From: an uncultured Candidatus Saccharibacteria bacterium
Lineage (GTDB): Bacteria > Patescibacteriota > Minisyncoccia > UBA6257 > Colwellbacteraceae
Reading direction: 5' to 3'
Length of the DNA stretch: 64,000 nt
Assembly (NCBI GenBank): GCA_964643135.1
Contig: CAZXPC010000001.1
Location: 103,726 to 167,725 of the forward strand
Shown: positions 8,678-18,793 of the stretch, piece after piece
How positions within the stretch are numbered: position 1 is the first letter of the stretch
How the letters are laid out: every line of letters starts with the position of its first letter
Program-made: the position numbers and the translations under genes
Notes under the pieces: generated by a model
What the model saw: the letters and a program-made list of their open reading frames with translations, nothing else
The model's database searches: none
What the model was told of the DNA's origin: nothing

Positions 8678-9730
8678 ATGAATAAACGCAATCTGGAACT
8701 ATTCTTCTTCTTCGCGGTTTTTATAATAGTTCTCATAGTTTCTTTTTATATCTTTCTCCCCTATCTTTATGCGCTGGTTCTTGCCATAACCTTCGCCATT
8801 ATTTTTAATCCTATTTATAACCGACTCTCGGCGCTCCTCAAGCATCAGAACTCTCTCTCGGCGCTCCTCACTCTTTTAATAGTTCTAATCACCGTCTTGA
8901 TCCCGCTCACTTTGCTCGGCGGGCAAATATTCCGGGAAGCTGAAACTGTCTACTCGTATCTCTCGACTTCGGACTCAACCAGTAATTTTTATTTGTTGGA
9001 AGATAATATAAATTCGTGGCTAAGCGCTAATCTAGGGATCAACTCCAACCCAGTCAATGTTCCTCTGGATCTAAATTTGTATCTTAAGTCAGCTCTAGCC
9101 TGGCTTTTCCAGAACGTCGGCTCGCTGCTCTCGAGCATCACGAGCATCACCCTAAACATTCTGATTTTCCTATTCGCTTTCTACTACTTGTTAAAGGACG
9201 GCAAGAAAATGCGCAAAGAACTCATTGAGCTGAGCCCGTTAGCAGACAGATACGACGAGGAAATCGCCGCCAAATTGGAACGCGCCGTTAATTCGATCAT
9301 CAAAGGCACTATTGTTCTCGCGATTCTACAAGGAATCGCTATCGGCTTCGGTTTCTATTTCTTCGGCATCCCCAATGCGGCCCTTTGGGGAGCGGCGGCC
9401 GCTTTGGCTTCTTTTATACCCGCCATTGGCGCGGCACTCGTTGTAATTGCCGCCGTCCTCTTCCTCATTTTTACCGGGCATGTCGCAGCGGGAGTAGGAT
9501 TAATGATCTGGGGAATACTCGCGATTGGATTTATCGGTAACTTTATCGGCCCCAAAATTGTCCAGCGAGGCGGCGTTCAGGTCCACTCTTTCTTCATCTT
9601 GCTCTTTGCGATTGGCGGGCTAAGTTTCTTTGGTCCGATTGGCTTCTTACTGGGACCGCTGGTCCTCAGCCTCCTTTTCTCCTTAATCGATGTGTATAAG
9701 CTAATCGGCCGCGAGGAAGTAACTCGCTAA
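8678..9730 (+). CDS. AI-2E (PerM/TqsA) family transporter
   Basis: Multi-TM; FYYLLKDG, SFIPAIG, GGLSFFGPIGFLLGP. Confidence 0.9.
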   Translation: MNKRNLELFFFFAVFIIVLIVSFYIFLPYLYALVLAITFAIIFNPIYNRLSALLKHQNSLSALLTLLIVLITVLIPLTLLGGQIFREAETVYSYLSTSDSTSNFYLLEDNINSWLSANLGINSNPVNVPLDLNLYLKSALAWLFQNVGSLLSSITSITLNILIFLFAFYYLLKDGKKMRKELIELSPLADRYDEEIAAKLERAVNSIIKGTIVLAILQGIAIGFGFYFFGIPNAALWGAAAALASFIPAIGAALVVIAAVLFLIFTGHVAAGVGLMIWGILAIGFIGNFIGPKIVQRGGVQVHSFFILLFAIGGLSFFGPIGFLLGPLVLSLLFSLIDVYKLIGREEVTR

Positions 9731-9735
9731 ATAGC

Positions 9736-9765
9736 AAAACACCCTCTGCAACGGAGGGTGTTTTT
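9736..9765. terminator. Bidirectional intrinsic terminator
   Basis: AAAACACCCTC-loop-GAGGGTGTTTT between convergent genes. Confidence 0.85.
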
Positions 9766-9776
9766 ACTTTCCGATA

Positions 9777-10118
9777 TTAGAAGTGCTTTTTCAATGTCTT
9801 CCAAAGTTCTCGGCCGTGGCTCATTAAATCTTTAGCTTCGGCGGCTGAGATTTTCTTAGCCTTAGCGTAAGCATGAACCGTTTTGGTCATAAATTCGTGA
9901 TAATCTTTCTCGCTCAAGTGCTTAACAGCCTTGAACTTTACCGCGGCAAATTTATAGAAATCAGCGTATTTATGCTTGACGTCATTCTTGATGTCCTTCC
10001 GGAGTTCCTTGCCCGCTTTTGGTGCGAAGAGCATTCCTGCCGCTACGCCCAAAGCTCCCGCAATTAAAGCGCCTCCGATAACCTTTCCGGCGACTCCTCC
10101 TTGTTTTTTAGCTGCCAT
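9777..10118 (-). CDS. YtxH-domain protein
   Basis: GALGVAAGMLFAPKAGKELRKDI signature. Confidence 0.85.
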   Translation of the reverse strand: MAAKKQGGVAGKVIGGALIAGALGVAAGMLFAPKAGKELRKDIKNDVKHKYADFYKFAAVKFKAVKHLSEKDYHEFMTKTVHAYAKAKKISAAEAKDLMSHGRELWKTLKKHF

Positions 10119-10128
10119 ATATTTATAG

Positions 10129-10407
10129 TTATTTGTTATTGGTCCGACCTTTCTTATGCGTATTTTTCTTTAATAGCTTCTCGGCGATTAAAGAAATAAT
10201 AGGCAAATTGGCGAGTTTCTCTAAGATCATCTGAACCTTTTCTTTGATTTCATCGGAGGCGGTATTAAGTTTATTCGAAAACACTTCAAGATTTTTTACG
10301 GTCCGGACCAGGTGATATAGGATCACCGCCAAAAAGCCGCCGACCACCAAAATAGCGACGGAAGAGACCAAGTAGAAAAGCGTCTGCGCAAATGTGTTGA
10401 TATCCAT
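10129..10407 (-). CDS. Small membrane protein (YtxG/DUF948-like)
   Basis: Single TM plus coiled coil, directly upstream of the YtxH gene. Confidence 0.6.
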   Translation of the reverse strand: MDINTFAQTLFYLVSSVAILVVGGFLAVILYHLVRTVKNLEVFSNKLNTASDEIKEKVQMILEKLANLPIISLIAEKLLKKNTHKKGRTNNK

Positions 10408-10512
10408 GGTTTATGTAGAAAAGTATAACATGTCGATATTTTGACACAAGAGGAAGAGTCTATCTTTGACTTAAGCGCTATTTAAAAGTATTCTTTATGA
10501 CTGCAATATATT

Positions 10513-11979
10513 ATGGCTAACGCAAGTGACAACCGAGAAGTAATCTTGAGATTTGAAAAAGTCTCATTCGGATTCGGACATAATAAACCGATTTTAATCG
10601 AGGCTGATTTCACCATTCGCCGCGGATCAAAAATCACTTTGATGGGCCAAAACGGCGCCGGCAAGAGTACTATTTTTCAGCTTATAACCAAAGGAGTCGT
10701 TCCTGAAGAAGGCCGCGTTATTATCAATAAAGATTTATCGATCGCGACAGCAAGGCAGGTCATCCCGCGCGATCAGATGGCTTTAACGGTTAAAGAATTC
10801 TTCGAAAAGGCTTTTCATAAGAAAATTTATGATATCGATCCTAGAATAGACAAAGTTCTTGAGGCGGTAAATTTGAACGCCCCTAAAGATAGAGTCGTTA
10901 AATCATTCTCCGGCGGCCAGCAAGCCAGGCTGCTATTGGCTTTTGCCCTAATTCAAAACCCGGACTTACTGCTCTTGGACGAGCCGACTAACAATTTGGA
11001 CAAAGGCGGCATTGAGCACCTCCGAAAATTCCTCCAGGAGTATCAAAAAACTGTAGTGGTTATTTCTCACGACTCTGAATTCTTAAATTCATTTACCGAG
11101 GGCGTGCTCTACCTTGATATCTTTACCAAAAAAGTTGAGCAATATGTCGGCAACTATTTCGATGTAGTGAAAGACATCTCCGACCGAAAAGAACGCGAAC
11201 GAGCTCGAAACGCGCGCCTGGAAGCAGATATCTCAAACCGCAAAGAACAGATGAACTTCTTTGCCCAAAAAGGCGGCCACATGCGAGACGTCGCCAAAAA
11301 GATGAGGCAAGCGATCGAAGTATTAGAGGAAGAAAAGGTTGAGGTGAGGGAAGAAGACAAAACTATCCGCAAATTCGTTATCCCCTGCCAGGAGGATATT
11401 GAAGGACAAATTGTAACCATAAATTCAATTTCAGTCATTAAAAATCACAAACCAACCGCCAAGAAAGTTAAGGTCGCCCTGACTCGAAAGAGAAAGATTT
11501 TGATCGCCGGGCCGAACGGCATCGGTAAAACCAGCTTTTTGGAATCGATCGTTAATGGCAAGGCTAAGGGCGTTGAAATTCAGCCCGGCATCCGCATCGG
11601 CTACTATCGCCAGGATTTTTCAACCTTGAATTTTGAAGACACGGTTTATAAATCGTTGGCCGAAATATCGGAAAAAGCGACCGAAGAGGAAATCCGCTCA
11701 GTCGCCGCCGGCTTTCTCTTGAATGCCGAGATCATGAAAACTAAAATCGGCAGTCTCTCGGAGGGCCAGAAGGGCTTGGTCGCCTTTGCGCGTTTGGTCT
11801 TGCAGCGCCCCGGGCTCTTAATTTTGGACGAACCGACCAACCACATCAACTTCCGCCATATTCCGATTATCGCCGAAGCATTAGACAAATACGATGGCCC
11901 GATGATTCTGATCAGCCACGTGCCCGACTTTGTCGAAAAGATCAGCATCGACGAGGTCATTGACTTAGAAAAAATCTAG
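10513..11979 (+). CDS. ABC-F family ATPase
   Basis: Two NBDs (GQNGAGKST, GPNGIGKTS, DEPTN twice), no TM. Confidence 0.92.
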   Translation: MANASDNREVILRFEKVSFGFGHNKPILIEADFTIRRGSKITLMGQNGAGKSTIFQLITKGVVPEEGRVIINKDLSIATARQVIPRDQMALTVKEFFEKAFHKKIYDIDPRIDKVLEAVNLNAPKDRVVKSFSGGQQARLLLAFALIQNPDLLLLDEPTNNLDKGGIEHLRKFLQEYQKTVVVISHDSEFLNSFTEGVLYLDIFTKKVEQYVGNYFDVVKDISDRKERERARNARLEADISNRKEQMNFFAQKGGHMRDVAKKMRQAIEVLEEEKVEVREEDKTIRKFVIPCQEDIEGQIVTINSISVIKNHKPTAKKVKVALTRKRKILIAGPNGIGKTSFLESIVNGKAKGVEIQPGIRIGYYRQDFSTLNFEDTVYKSLAEISEKATEEEIRSVAAGFLLNAEIMKTKIGSLSEGQKGLVAFARLVLQRPGLLILDEPTNHINFRHIPIIAEALDKYDGPMILISHVPDFVEKISIDEVIDLEKI

Positions 11980-12004
11980 GCGCATACTTTCCCTCGGTGC
12001 AAAT

Positions 12005-12292
12005 TTGTTTTTGAACAAGTGGACACAACAACGCCTCGGCGGCATGCAGGCTCTGACCAGCACCAAGACCCTTTACCGGGATGACGGCCTGATCCTTCAC
12101 GTCGTCCCCGATCCGCGTTTCCGGGACACGCCTTTTGCACGGACCTTCGCGGCCCTCCAGAAGAATGACGGCAGTATCCTGCCGGAGTCTCTCTTCAAGG
12201 AGGCTGACCTTGAAAAGCTCATCTCGGATCTCAGGTTCGCGATGAAGCAAAACCAAGACAATCTGGCGGTCCAGGTCTTGCCCAAGCGCTAA
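12005..12292 (+). CDS. Hypothetical protein (start uncertain)
   Basis: Own TTGACT-N17-CATACT promoter and downstream hairpin with T-run. Confidence 0.45.
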   Translation: MFLNKWTQQRLGGMQALTSTKTLYRDDGLILHVVPDPRFRDTPFARTFAALQKNDGSILPESLFKEADLEKLISDLRFAMKQNQDNLAVQVLPKR

Positions 12293-12315
12293 GGCGCTTT
12301 TTCTTTTTGCATAGT

Positions 12316-13017
12316 CTATTTTGCTAGGGCCTTCAATTTAGAAACCTCCTGATCCGTCAAAATCCGAAATTCTCCCTCTTTCAAGCCTCTAAGATTAATA
12401 TTGCCGACCCGGACGCGCTTTAAGTTTTCAATAGTGAGATTCAATGCCGCGCACATTCGGCGGATTTGGTGGCGCTTGCCCTCCTTTAGGATCAATTTAA
12501 ATGAGTGGTCGCTAAAGAGTTCTCCTTTGGCCGGCAGAGTTGTTTCGTTGTTATCAATCGTCATGCCGCGTTCCATTATATCGATAACTCTTTGTTTAAC
12601 GCTTTCTCGGGTTTTGACATCATATTCTTTCTCTACTTTATGGTCGTCACCCGTGATCGATGCGGTAATAACTCCGTCGTTTGAAAGCAGAATTAAGCCC
12701 TCGCTTTCCTTGTCGAGCCGCCCCACGCAATTTAAATTGGAAAATTGAGGCAGAAGATCGAAGACAGTTTGGCCTTCGTTCTTGGCTTTGGCCGAAACTA
12801 TCCCGCGCGGCTTGTAATAAGCGACCGTGATTTTTTTGTCGTCGCCTTTCAATGCGCCCGATTTAGATAACTCAATTTTGTCTTTAACCGGATCCACTTG
12901 TCGGCCCAGGTCTCTAACAACTTCGCCGTTAACCTTAACTAAACCGGCTAAGATAGCCTTCTCAGTTTCACGGCGGGAGAGGATCCCCTGTTCGGACATG
13001 TATTTCTGGATGCGCAT
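12316..13017 (-). CDS. rRNA pseudouridine synthase (RsuA/RluB family)
   Basis: S4 domain, GRLDKESEGL, EGKRHQIRRM. Confidence 0.93.
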   Translation of the reverse strand: MRIQKYMSEQGILSRRETEKAILAGLVKVNGEVVRDLGRQVDPVKDKIELSKSGALKGDDKKITVAYYKPRGIVSAKAKNEGQTVFDLLPQFSNLNCVGRLDKESEGLILLSNDGVITASITGDDHKVEKEYDVKTRESVKQRVIDIMERGMTIDNNETTLPAKGELFSDHSFKLILKEGKRHQIRRMCAALNLTIENLKRVRVGNINLRGLKEGEFRILTDQEVSKLKALAK

Positions 13018-13052
13018 AGTTTAATAATTGCTTATTACCTTCTAAAACACAA

Positions 13053-13072
13053 ATCCGCCATTGCTGGCGGAT
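13053..13072 (-). terminator. Terminator after rnpB
   Basis: ATCCGCCA/TGGCGGAT hairpin followed by U-rich tail on the minus strand. Confidence 0.7.
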
Positions 13073-13077
13073 GGTGT

Positions 13078-13487
13078 GGGTAATTCGTAAGCCGGATTCT
13101 GTAACCCAGCTTGTCCAATGGACAGGCTGGGCGGCAATAATTTATCTGGGACCTTGATTGCTCAAAGCCTCTAGCGATTCTCCAACCACTTGCGTGACTG
13201 GCGCGATCTTGCACCCGGTAAGGATTTGGAAACGTTTCACTTCAGCCTTTTAATCTCTATAGCTGAATTGGACCATCTAGCTTGAGAACTGGGTCCCGCT
13301 AATCTTTTCAGACCAGCGCGTCACTGTTCGCACCTCGCGCATTACTGCGTGCGGCCGTTAGCCGCTACCTTTTTATCCTGATTTGCACCAGGATGGTGTC
13401 CGGACTTTCCTCTCTTAAGTTGATCGGTATGAAGAACAGTCGTTGCTGAATAGTGATCATCTTTAGAGCTACTGCCAGAATTACCTG
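13078..13487 (-). ncRNA. rnpB: RNase P RNA
   Basis: Minus strand has GAGGAAAGTCCGG near 5' and ACAGAATCCGGCTTAC near 3'; P1 GGTAATTC/GAATTACC. Confidence 0.95.
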
Positions 13488-13493
13488 GGCGTG

Positions 13494-13521
13494 ATTATAG
13501 CATTAGGAAAGGCCTTGTCAA
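13494..13521 (-). promoter_or_regulatory. Consensus sigma70 promoter of rnpB
   Basis: TTGACA-N16-TATAAT with extended TG. Confidence 0.85.
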
Positions 13522-13541
13522 ATTTATTTATCCGTGATCTT

Positions 13542-16484
13542 TCATTGAACCTTAACCGGGAACTTGGTCACGATTATTCTGCCGTTGTGCCGGAATTCGC
13601 CGAAGATATAATAATTGCCCGGGGTTGGAAATTTGAAATTGGCCGCTTCAATATCAGGTCCGAATTTATCAGGCAAATAAAGGTGCGACTGGTGAATAGT
13701 CTCCCCTAAAAGCTGCCCGATAAATGAAACCGGCAACAACCCGTGCGTATGCTTGAATGCTCCCAGGTCATCTCTGATTAGGCTAATGTGCATCGGCACA
13801 GCCAAGTATGGATTGAGGTCAGTCACGGGCTGGCCGTCTTTCTCAATATGATAATCGAGTACTGATGAGTAATTAGAATTTAGTTTCGAGGTATTGAGCG
13901 TAACATCATAGCCATCGAAATTTCCTTTAAGAACTTGCACGTCGCTAAAATTATCGGCCGGTTTGGGAATATCTGCCACGTGACCGATATTTTCGTAGAA
14001 TTGGAATGAGAAAATCTGCGCCCGGACAGTAAAATCAACCGAAACCATGTAATAGCCGGCAGCCGGGAAAGTGTAGCGGACCGGGAAAGTTGCCGTTTTT
14101 AACATTTCCGGTGTAACCGGACCGGCATCTTCGACATGGACATGCGAAAAGCTAGAAAAATCGCTGTTTACGATGACCGCGTGCAATATCCGATCGTGAT
14201 CGATCACCAAATCTTGCACCGGATTCCCCTGCTTGTCTTTAAACTTAAAAGTTAAAATCGCGGGAACGCCCGGCTGGATGGTTTTGGGGGAGACGTCTAG
14301 CGTCGCACTCGCCTCACTGGGACGGATAAAATATTTAAACTCTCTTTCATCAGCAAAGTGATATTGGCCGAGCCCCACCCCTAAGGTGCAGCCGGGCACT
14401 GAGATGTCAGACGTGGCCTTCCCGGCTCGTTCGGGCGCGCTCTCATGCCAAATATCCAAAATATTAAAGTTCTCGCACTCTCTCTCGAAGCCGCTGATCA
14501 AAACTGATCCATGAGCCGCATGTCCGCCGAACCAGGACGTCAGCGTTATTGCCGCGAAAATCAAGAGAATTACCCAAGAGTCGCGATTAACAAAAGTGAT
14601 TTCCGAACCCCCTTCCCGAGGACCGTCCTCGGCGGCTGACTCGAGCTGTCCTCGGTAACCGGCCTGTAATTTGCTGCTGCGTTTATAGAGATAGCCCGCT
14701 GCGGCAAAAATAAACATAGCGGTTATGACGTTAACCATCTCAAAAATCCCAAAACTGCGCTTTTCGGAATTGGCGTTGCTCGCCTTTATCTCGGTCGGAT
14801 AATTTAGCTTAAAAGATGTGACCGCGTTATAGGCTTTTTCCTGCTCAGCCGAAATATCTACTTTCCAGTTGCCCGCCGGAGACAAGAGACTCATGGGGAA
14901 AAGGTAGCCGCCGTAGAAAATCTGCTTGAGAGGCGCGGAAATCGGACCGATCCCCTGTTCGCTATTAGTCAACGTTACGCTCGGGTTAATCACCGATCGC
15001 GCGGCGCCGCTTTGCGTGTCGGCAAAAGTGAGCAAGAATTGACCGTCGTCATAAGGAGCCTCGGTTAATTCTATTTTTACATTCTGACTCACCGTCTCTC
15101 TAAGGAAGCTGTAGTTTCGTTCGATCGGCGGAGTCGTAATAATCATGAGCGAGGTTATACCAAGAACAATGATGCCGGCGGCTGCCTCGAGCATCAAAGT
15201 TGCGTGGAGCCAATTGAGTTTGCCTTTGGTTAACTTTGGTTCGATGTAAAACTCATGAAAAAGCCGCAAGCCGAGCAGGATAGCCGCAAAAATACTTAGC
15301 GCAATAAAGGTTTTGCCCCAGTCGGTTATAAGAACATTCGAAAAAGACTTAAGATGCAGCCAAACAACATAAACGCCCGTAACGCCGGCGATGGCGAATG
15401 AAACGTTGGCGACAGTCGAGAAAGAAGTTAGGCAAAAAGCCGCCATATTGATGCTTTTGATTCTCCGAACTATGGGAGAAAGTAGGAACAGCATCGCGAA
15501 TAGTCCGCCGATCCAGATATCTTTGAAAAAGAGATGGATAAAGTTTACGGCCACCGAAAAGTCGGGCGCAAAGTTAGATGCTGCCGCATGGCTGACCTTG
15601 GCGCGGGCGAGGTCAATCAGAGCTAAAACGATAAAAATGACCCATTCGGTTTCTATAATCTTATGACTCGCAAAAATAGATTTTTTTCTGAACTCAAAAA
15701 TGCCAACAACTAAAGCGGCGCCGACCATACGGTAAATCGTATAGAGCGCGGCGGTCGTGCTGAGGAAAGAAGAGAAAGCCTCTTGGAATGAAGTTTCCTG
15801 AAGATAGCTCAGATCATTGGCCTTATAGATCAAATACGATATGCCCCCCAAAAGAACTAAGACGAATCCGCCGATAACAGCCAGATTGAACCTTCGGCTG
15901 AAGATCGCGTCCTCTGCCGCGCCGATCCTGCCTGAATATTTCTTAGTCGGCCGCCAGATAAACGCGAGCACAATAAAGGAGCCAAGCAGGATCGCTTCGC
16001 CGATCATTTCGAGAGAAATCGCCGCCGCCTCAGGAATACTGGAACTGTGGACAATCTGGAATTCTTCGGAAGCGTTGCCCGCGCCGACCGGGCTCGCCGA
16101 TTTAACCGAAAAAATATAGGCGCCTTTGGTAAAGTGGCCGTCGTCGGCCGAAATAACATGCCACGAGACGGTATAACTCCCCTCCCCGCCGTCTTTAATG
16201 CCAATCGTTAGTCTGCGTTGATCGGCCGGGTCGGGCGAAGCCAGCCCCGGAGCGCCGTCTAAATTAACCTTCGAACCATCCGGACCAAAAACAGCTATGC
16301 CGGAGACTCTTGGCTCAACCCTCTCGCTGAAATCAATCGAGATTAAAGAAGGCGAAGCCTGCAAAAGGCTCGAAGCCGCCGGGCTGTATAAAACCGGGGT
16401 CGCATGCGCGCTTGCCCCGTGGATATTAGCCATCAAGGAAATTAAGAATGCCGCCCCGATTATTCTCTTCCAAATTTTTATCAT
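13542..16484 (-). CDS. Large CopC-CopD fusion with extra YtkA-like and His-rich domains
   Basis: Signal peptide then HATPV, SADDGH (CopC), multi-TM CopD with SHAA, C-terminal HDRILH/HVH/MH/HTH motifs; ATGA overlap sets the start. Confidence 0.8.
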   Translation of the reverse strand: MIKIWKRIIGAAFLISLMANIHGASAHATPVLYSPAASSLLQASPSLISIDFSERVEPRVSGIAVFGPDGSKVNLDGAPGLASPDPADQRRLTIGIKDGGEGSYTVSWHVISADDGHFTKGAYIFSVKSASPVGAGNASEEFQIVHSSSIPEAAAISLEMIGEAILLGSFIVLAFIWRPTKKYSGRIGAAEDAIFSRRFNLAVIGGFVLVLLGGISYLIYKANDLSYLQETSFQEAFSSFLSTTAALYTIYRMVGAALVVGIFEFRKKSIFASHKIIETEWVIFIVLALIDLARAKVSHAAASNFAPDFSVAVNFIHLFFKDIWIGGLFAMLFLLSPIVRRIKSINMAAFCLTSFSTVANVSFAIAGVTGVYVVWLHLKSFSNVLITDWGKTFIALSIFAAILLGLRLFHEFYIEPKLTKGKLNWLHATLMLEAAAGIIVLGITSLMIITTPPIERNYSFLRETVSQNVKIELTEAPYDDGQFLLTFADTQSGAARSVINPSVTLTNSEQGIGPISAPLKQIFYGGYLFPMSLLSPAGNWKVDISAEQEKAYNAVTSFKLNYPTEIKASNANSEKRSFGIFEMVNVITAMFIFAAAGYLYKRSSKLQAGYRGQLESAAEDGPREGGSEITFVNRDSWVILLIFAAITLTSWFGGHAAHGSVLISGFERECENFNILDIWHESAPERAGKATSDISVPGCTLGVGLGQYHFADEREFKYFIRPSEASATLDVSPKTIQPGVPAILTFKFKDKQGNPVQDLVIDHDRILHAVIVNSDFSSFSHVHVEDAGPVTPEMLKTATFPVRYTFPAAGYYMVSVDFTVRAQIFSFQFYENIGHVADIPKPADNFSDVQVLKGNFDGYDVTLNTSKLNSNYSSVLDYHIEKDGQPVTDLNPYLAVPMHISLIRDDLGAFKHTHGLLPVSFIGQLLGETIHQSHLYLPDKFGPDIEAANFKFPTPGNYYIFGEFRHNGRIIVTKFPVKVQ

Positions 16485-16999
16485 TGCTTCTTTTTCTGCC
16501 AGATCGATACCAGGATAGCAACTAAAACCATGATTATAGGAACCGCCAATTCGAGCGCCTGCCATGGATTTAAACCGGTACTCACCGGCGCCCCGATTTG
16601 GATCTGGAAAGAGGCGCTGGTGGCGCTTTTGTTGTCCTTAAAAATATTAACATCCATCGTATAAAGGCCGGCCTTCGGAAAAACAACCGTTAAGGCGGTG
16701 AACCCGTCCTGAGATTCGGGCAGATCCTTTTTTAGCAAATCGCCGCTGTCTGGATTCTTGATCTCAACCGCAACATGATCGAAAGAAAGATACTCGCGCG
16801 TACTGCTGGAGAGAAGATTGAAATCGAACTGGATTGGAGTGCCCGGCTCGGGCGCGGCGAATTGGTCGGTGCCGATATCGATAATGTACGGCCCTACGAC
16901 TTTTTCCAAACGCAAGCCCGCCAGACCGTTGGCCTCCGCCCCGTGGCCCGATAAGAATGTTAGCGTGAGAATAATTAAGCCAAGGGCAGCCTTCTTCAT
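16481..16999 (-). CDS. Secreted Ig/YtkA-like protein with C-terminal TM anchor
   Basis: Signal peptide, FPKAGLYTMDV, C-terminal TM; in cop operon. Confidence 0.65.
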   Translation of the reverse strand: MKKAALGLIILTLTFLSGHGAEANGLAGLRLEKVVGPYIIDIGTDQFAAPEPGTPIQFDFNLLSSSTREYLSFDHVAVEIKNPDSGDLLKKDLPESQDGFTALTVVFPKAGLYTMDVNIFKDNKSATSASFQIQIGAPVSTGLNPWQALELAVPIIMVLVAILVSIWQKKKQ

Positions 17000-17002
17000 T
17001 GG

Positions 17003-17737
17003 TTAGGCCTTTTCTTGCGAATGAGGCTTCCTCGAAGTGAAAACCAATCCGATTGCAATAATTCCCAAAATTAACCCCCCGACGGCCAGATTTCTGGCGA
17101 AGTTGATATTGTTGGCCATCGCGATAACGTCATTCTGGGCGATCAGATTGTTTTGATTTAGATCGGCAGCGGTGTAAGCCGGCTCAGGAAAACCATAATC
17201 GCTTCGTCCGGCCGGGCATCCGAAAGCTCCGACTTTATGGACCCTCGTCACATTAGTCCCAACCGAAACTTGTGCCTTGTCTTCGGCCGTTTCCGAAAAA
17301 TCGCCTTGGACGCAGCTAAATTTTAAATCAACGGGCGCGCCCTCCAACTCTCCGAATATTCGATACGTATAGGTCGTCTCAACTGTCGGGATAAAGGCGG
17401 CGGTATAAGCCCCGGGGCCGGCTTCGTCTGACGGATCAAGGGAAAGCGTTCTGGCTTGGTCGCCGGCGCTCAATTCAACTTTTAGGGTGTCCTCGAGTCC
17501 GGTTACCGGCTCTCCGTTCGTAACGCCCGGACCGGCCACCCTGGTTACGGCGAGTTCCAGGCCAGATTTATCGTCAACCAAAACAGGCTCATTCAGCGAG
17601 CCGACTTTAAAATCATAATAGGTGTTGTTAACCTTAAAAGTATCGTGCTCGTGAGCGGACGCTGAGTTTATCAAGCCCAAAGTCATAAATAAGGACATAA
17701 GAGCGAAGGACGCGGCTAAAATAAGTTTAATTTTCAT
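17003..17737 (-). CDS. Secreted membrane-anchored protein with N-terminal His (likely Cu-binding)
   Basis: Signal peptide cleaved before HEH; YTAAFIPT..YTYRIFG; C-terminal TM. Confidence 0.65.
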   Translation of the reverse strand: MKIKLILAASFALMSLFMTLGLINSASAHEHDTFKVNNTYYDFKVGSLNEPVLVDDKSGLELAVTRVAGPGVTNGEPVTGLEDTLKVELSAGDQARTLSLDPSDEAGPGAYTAAFIPTVETTYTYRIFGELEGAPVDLKFSCVQGDFSETAEDKAQVSVGTNVTRVHKVGAFGCPAGRSDYGFPEPAYTAADLNQNNLIAQNDVIAMANNINFARNLAVGGLILGIIAIGLVFTSRKPHSQEKA

Positions 17738-17758
17738 AAGTAAAATTATATCGAATCT

Positions 17759-18169
17759 CTACTTATTTAGCCAATAAACAGCTTCTTCGCGGCTAGAGAA
17801 CCAACTGACTCGCCGGTTGAAGGTTTTAATCAGGAAAAAAGCGAATTCCAGGATCGCATTCTGAAAGTCGGTGTTGCCCACGATAGCAATCTTGTTGATT
17901 TGCTTGTTCGCAGCCAGATCGCGGTAAACCTCGCCGCCTCCCTTGGAGACATAGCCCAACTTCCCCATAGGAGTGATATCGACTATGCAATTATAAATTT
18001 TGTCGGGCTTTAAGCTTAATAATCTCAAGCACTCGTCGCGAAATAGTTCGGCTTGGCGAGTGTTGCTCTCATCGTCGTACTCAGGAATCAGAAAAGCCAT
18101 GTTTAACAAACCTTCGGCATCATCGGCGGAAATGGTAAAAGTTTTTTTAAGATCGACATCCGAAGTCAT
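17759..18169 (-). CDS. STAS/SEC14-like small protein
   Basis: [23 protein letters not shown]-terminal signature. Confidence 0.7.
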   Translation of the reverse strand: MTSDVDLKKTFTISADDAEGLLNMAFLIPEYDDESNTRQAELFRDECLRLLSLKPDKIYNCIVDITPMGKLGYVSKGGGEVYRDLAANKQINKIAIVGNTDFQNAILEFAFFLIKTFNRRVSWFSSREEAVYWLNK

Positions 18170-18201
18170 CTGTCCATTATCTCACAAATATCCCTAGAAT
18201 T
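18167..18201 (-). repeat. 35-bp promoter+ATG module, copy 2
   Basis: Exact inverted copy of 8393-8427. Confidence 0.95.
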
Positions 18202-18232
18202 AAATAAAATCAATCTGGTGTATAATTCAAAT

Positions 18233-18784
18233 ATGGCCAAAGAAATCGCAGTATTCGGGGGCGGATGCTTCTGGTGCACCGAAGCGGTTTTTAAGGATCT
18301 CCGAGGCGTCACTGGAACGATGCCGGGTTATGCCGGCGGATCCAAGCCCGACCCGACTTACGAGGCGGTCTGCGGCGGAAAAACCGGCCACGCCGAAGTT
18401 ACTAAAATAGAATTCGACCCGTCCTTAATTTCTTTTGAAGATCTACTCACGGTCTTTTTCGCCGTTCACGACCCGACCACTTTAAACCGCCAAGGCAATG
18501 ATGTCGGTACGCAGTACCGCTCAATCATTCTCTACACGAGCGACAGCCAGAAAAAACAAGCCGAAGAATTTATCAGGAAGCTTGATCAAGACGAACCGGC
18601 CGCGGAGAAAACCGCGCCACGAGTGGTGACCGAGTTGAAGTCTCTCGATAAATTTTATCCGGCCGAAGATTATCACCGCGATTATTTTGCTAAGAACCCC
18701 AACCAGCCCTATTGCCAGTTGGTGATCAGCCCCAAGCTTAAGAAGCTAAAGGAGAGGTTTGGCGCGCTTTTAGCCAAAGAATAA
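18233..18784 (+). CDS. msrA: Peptide-methionine (S)-sulfoxide reductase
   Basis: [33 protein letters not shown]; ATG 6 nt after TATAAT. Confidence 0.97.
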   Translation: MAKEIAVFGGGCFWCTEAVFKDLRGVTGTMPGYAGGSKPDPTYEAVCGGKTGHAEVTKIEFDPSLISFEDLLTVFFAVHDPTTLNRQGNDVGTQYRSIILYTSDSQKKQAEEFIRKLDQDEPAAEKTAPRVVTELKSLDKFYPAEDYHRDYFAKNPNQPYCQLVISPKLKKLKERFGALLAKE

Positions 18785-18793
18785 CCTCGGTCG

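Noticed and set aside
8825-8870. 16-bp direct repeat CTCTCGGCGCTCCTCA
   Set aside because: In-frame LSALL duplication within a membrane protein; no sign of a mobile element.
8678-9730. AI-2E transporter as part of the quorum-sensing system
   Set aside because: Ubiquitous family with varied substrates, 9 kb away, no link beyond the name.
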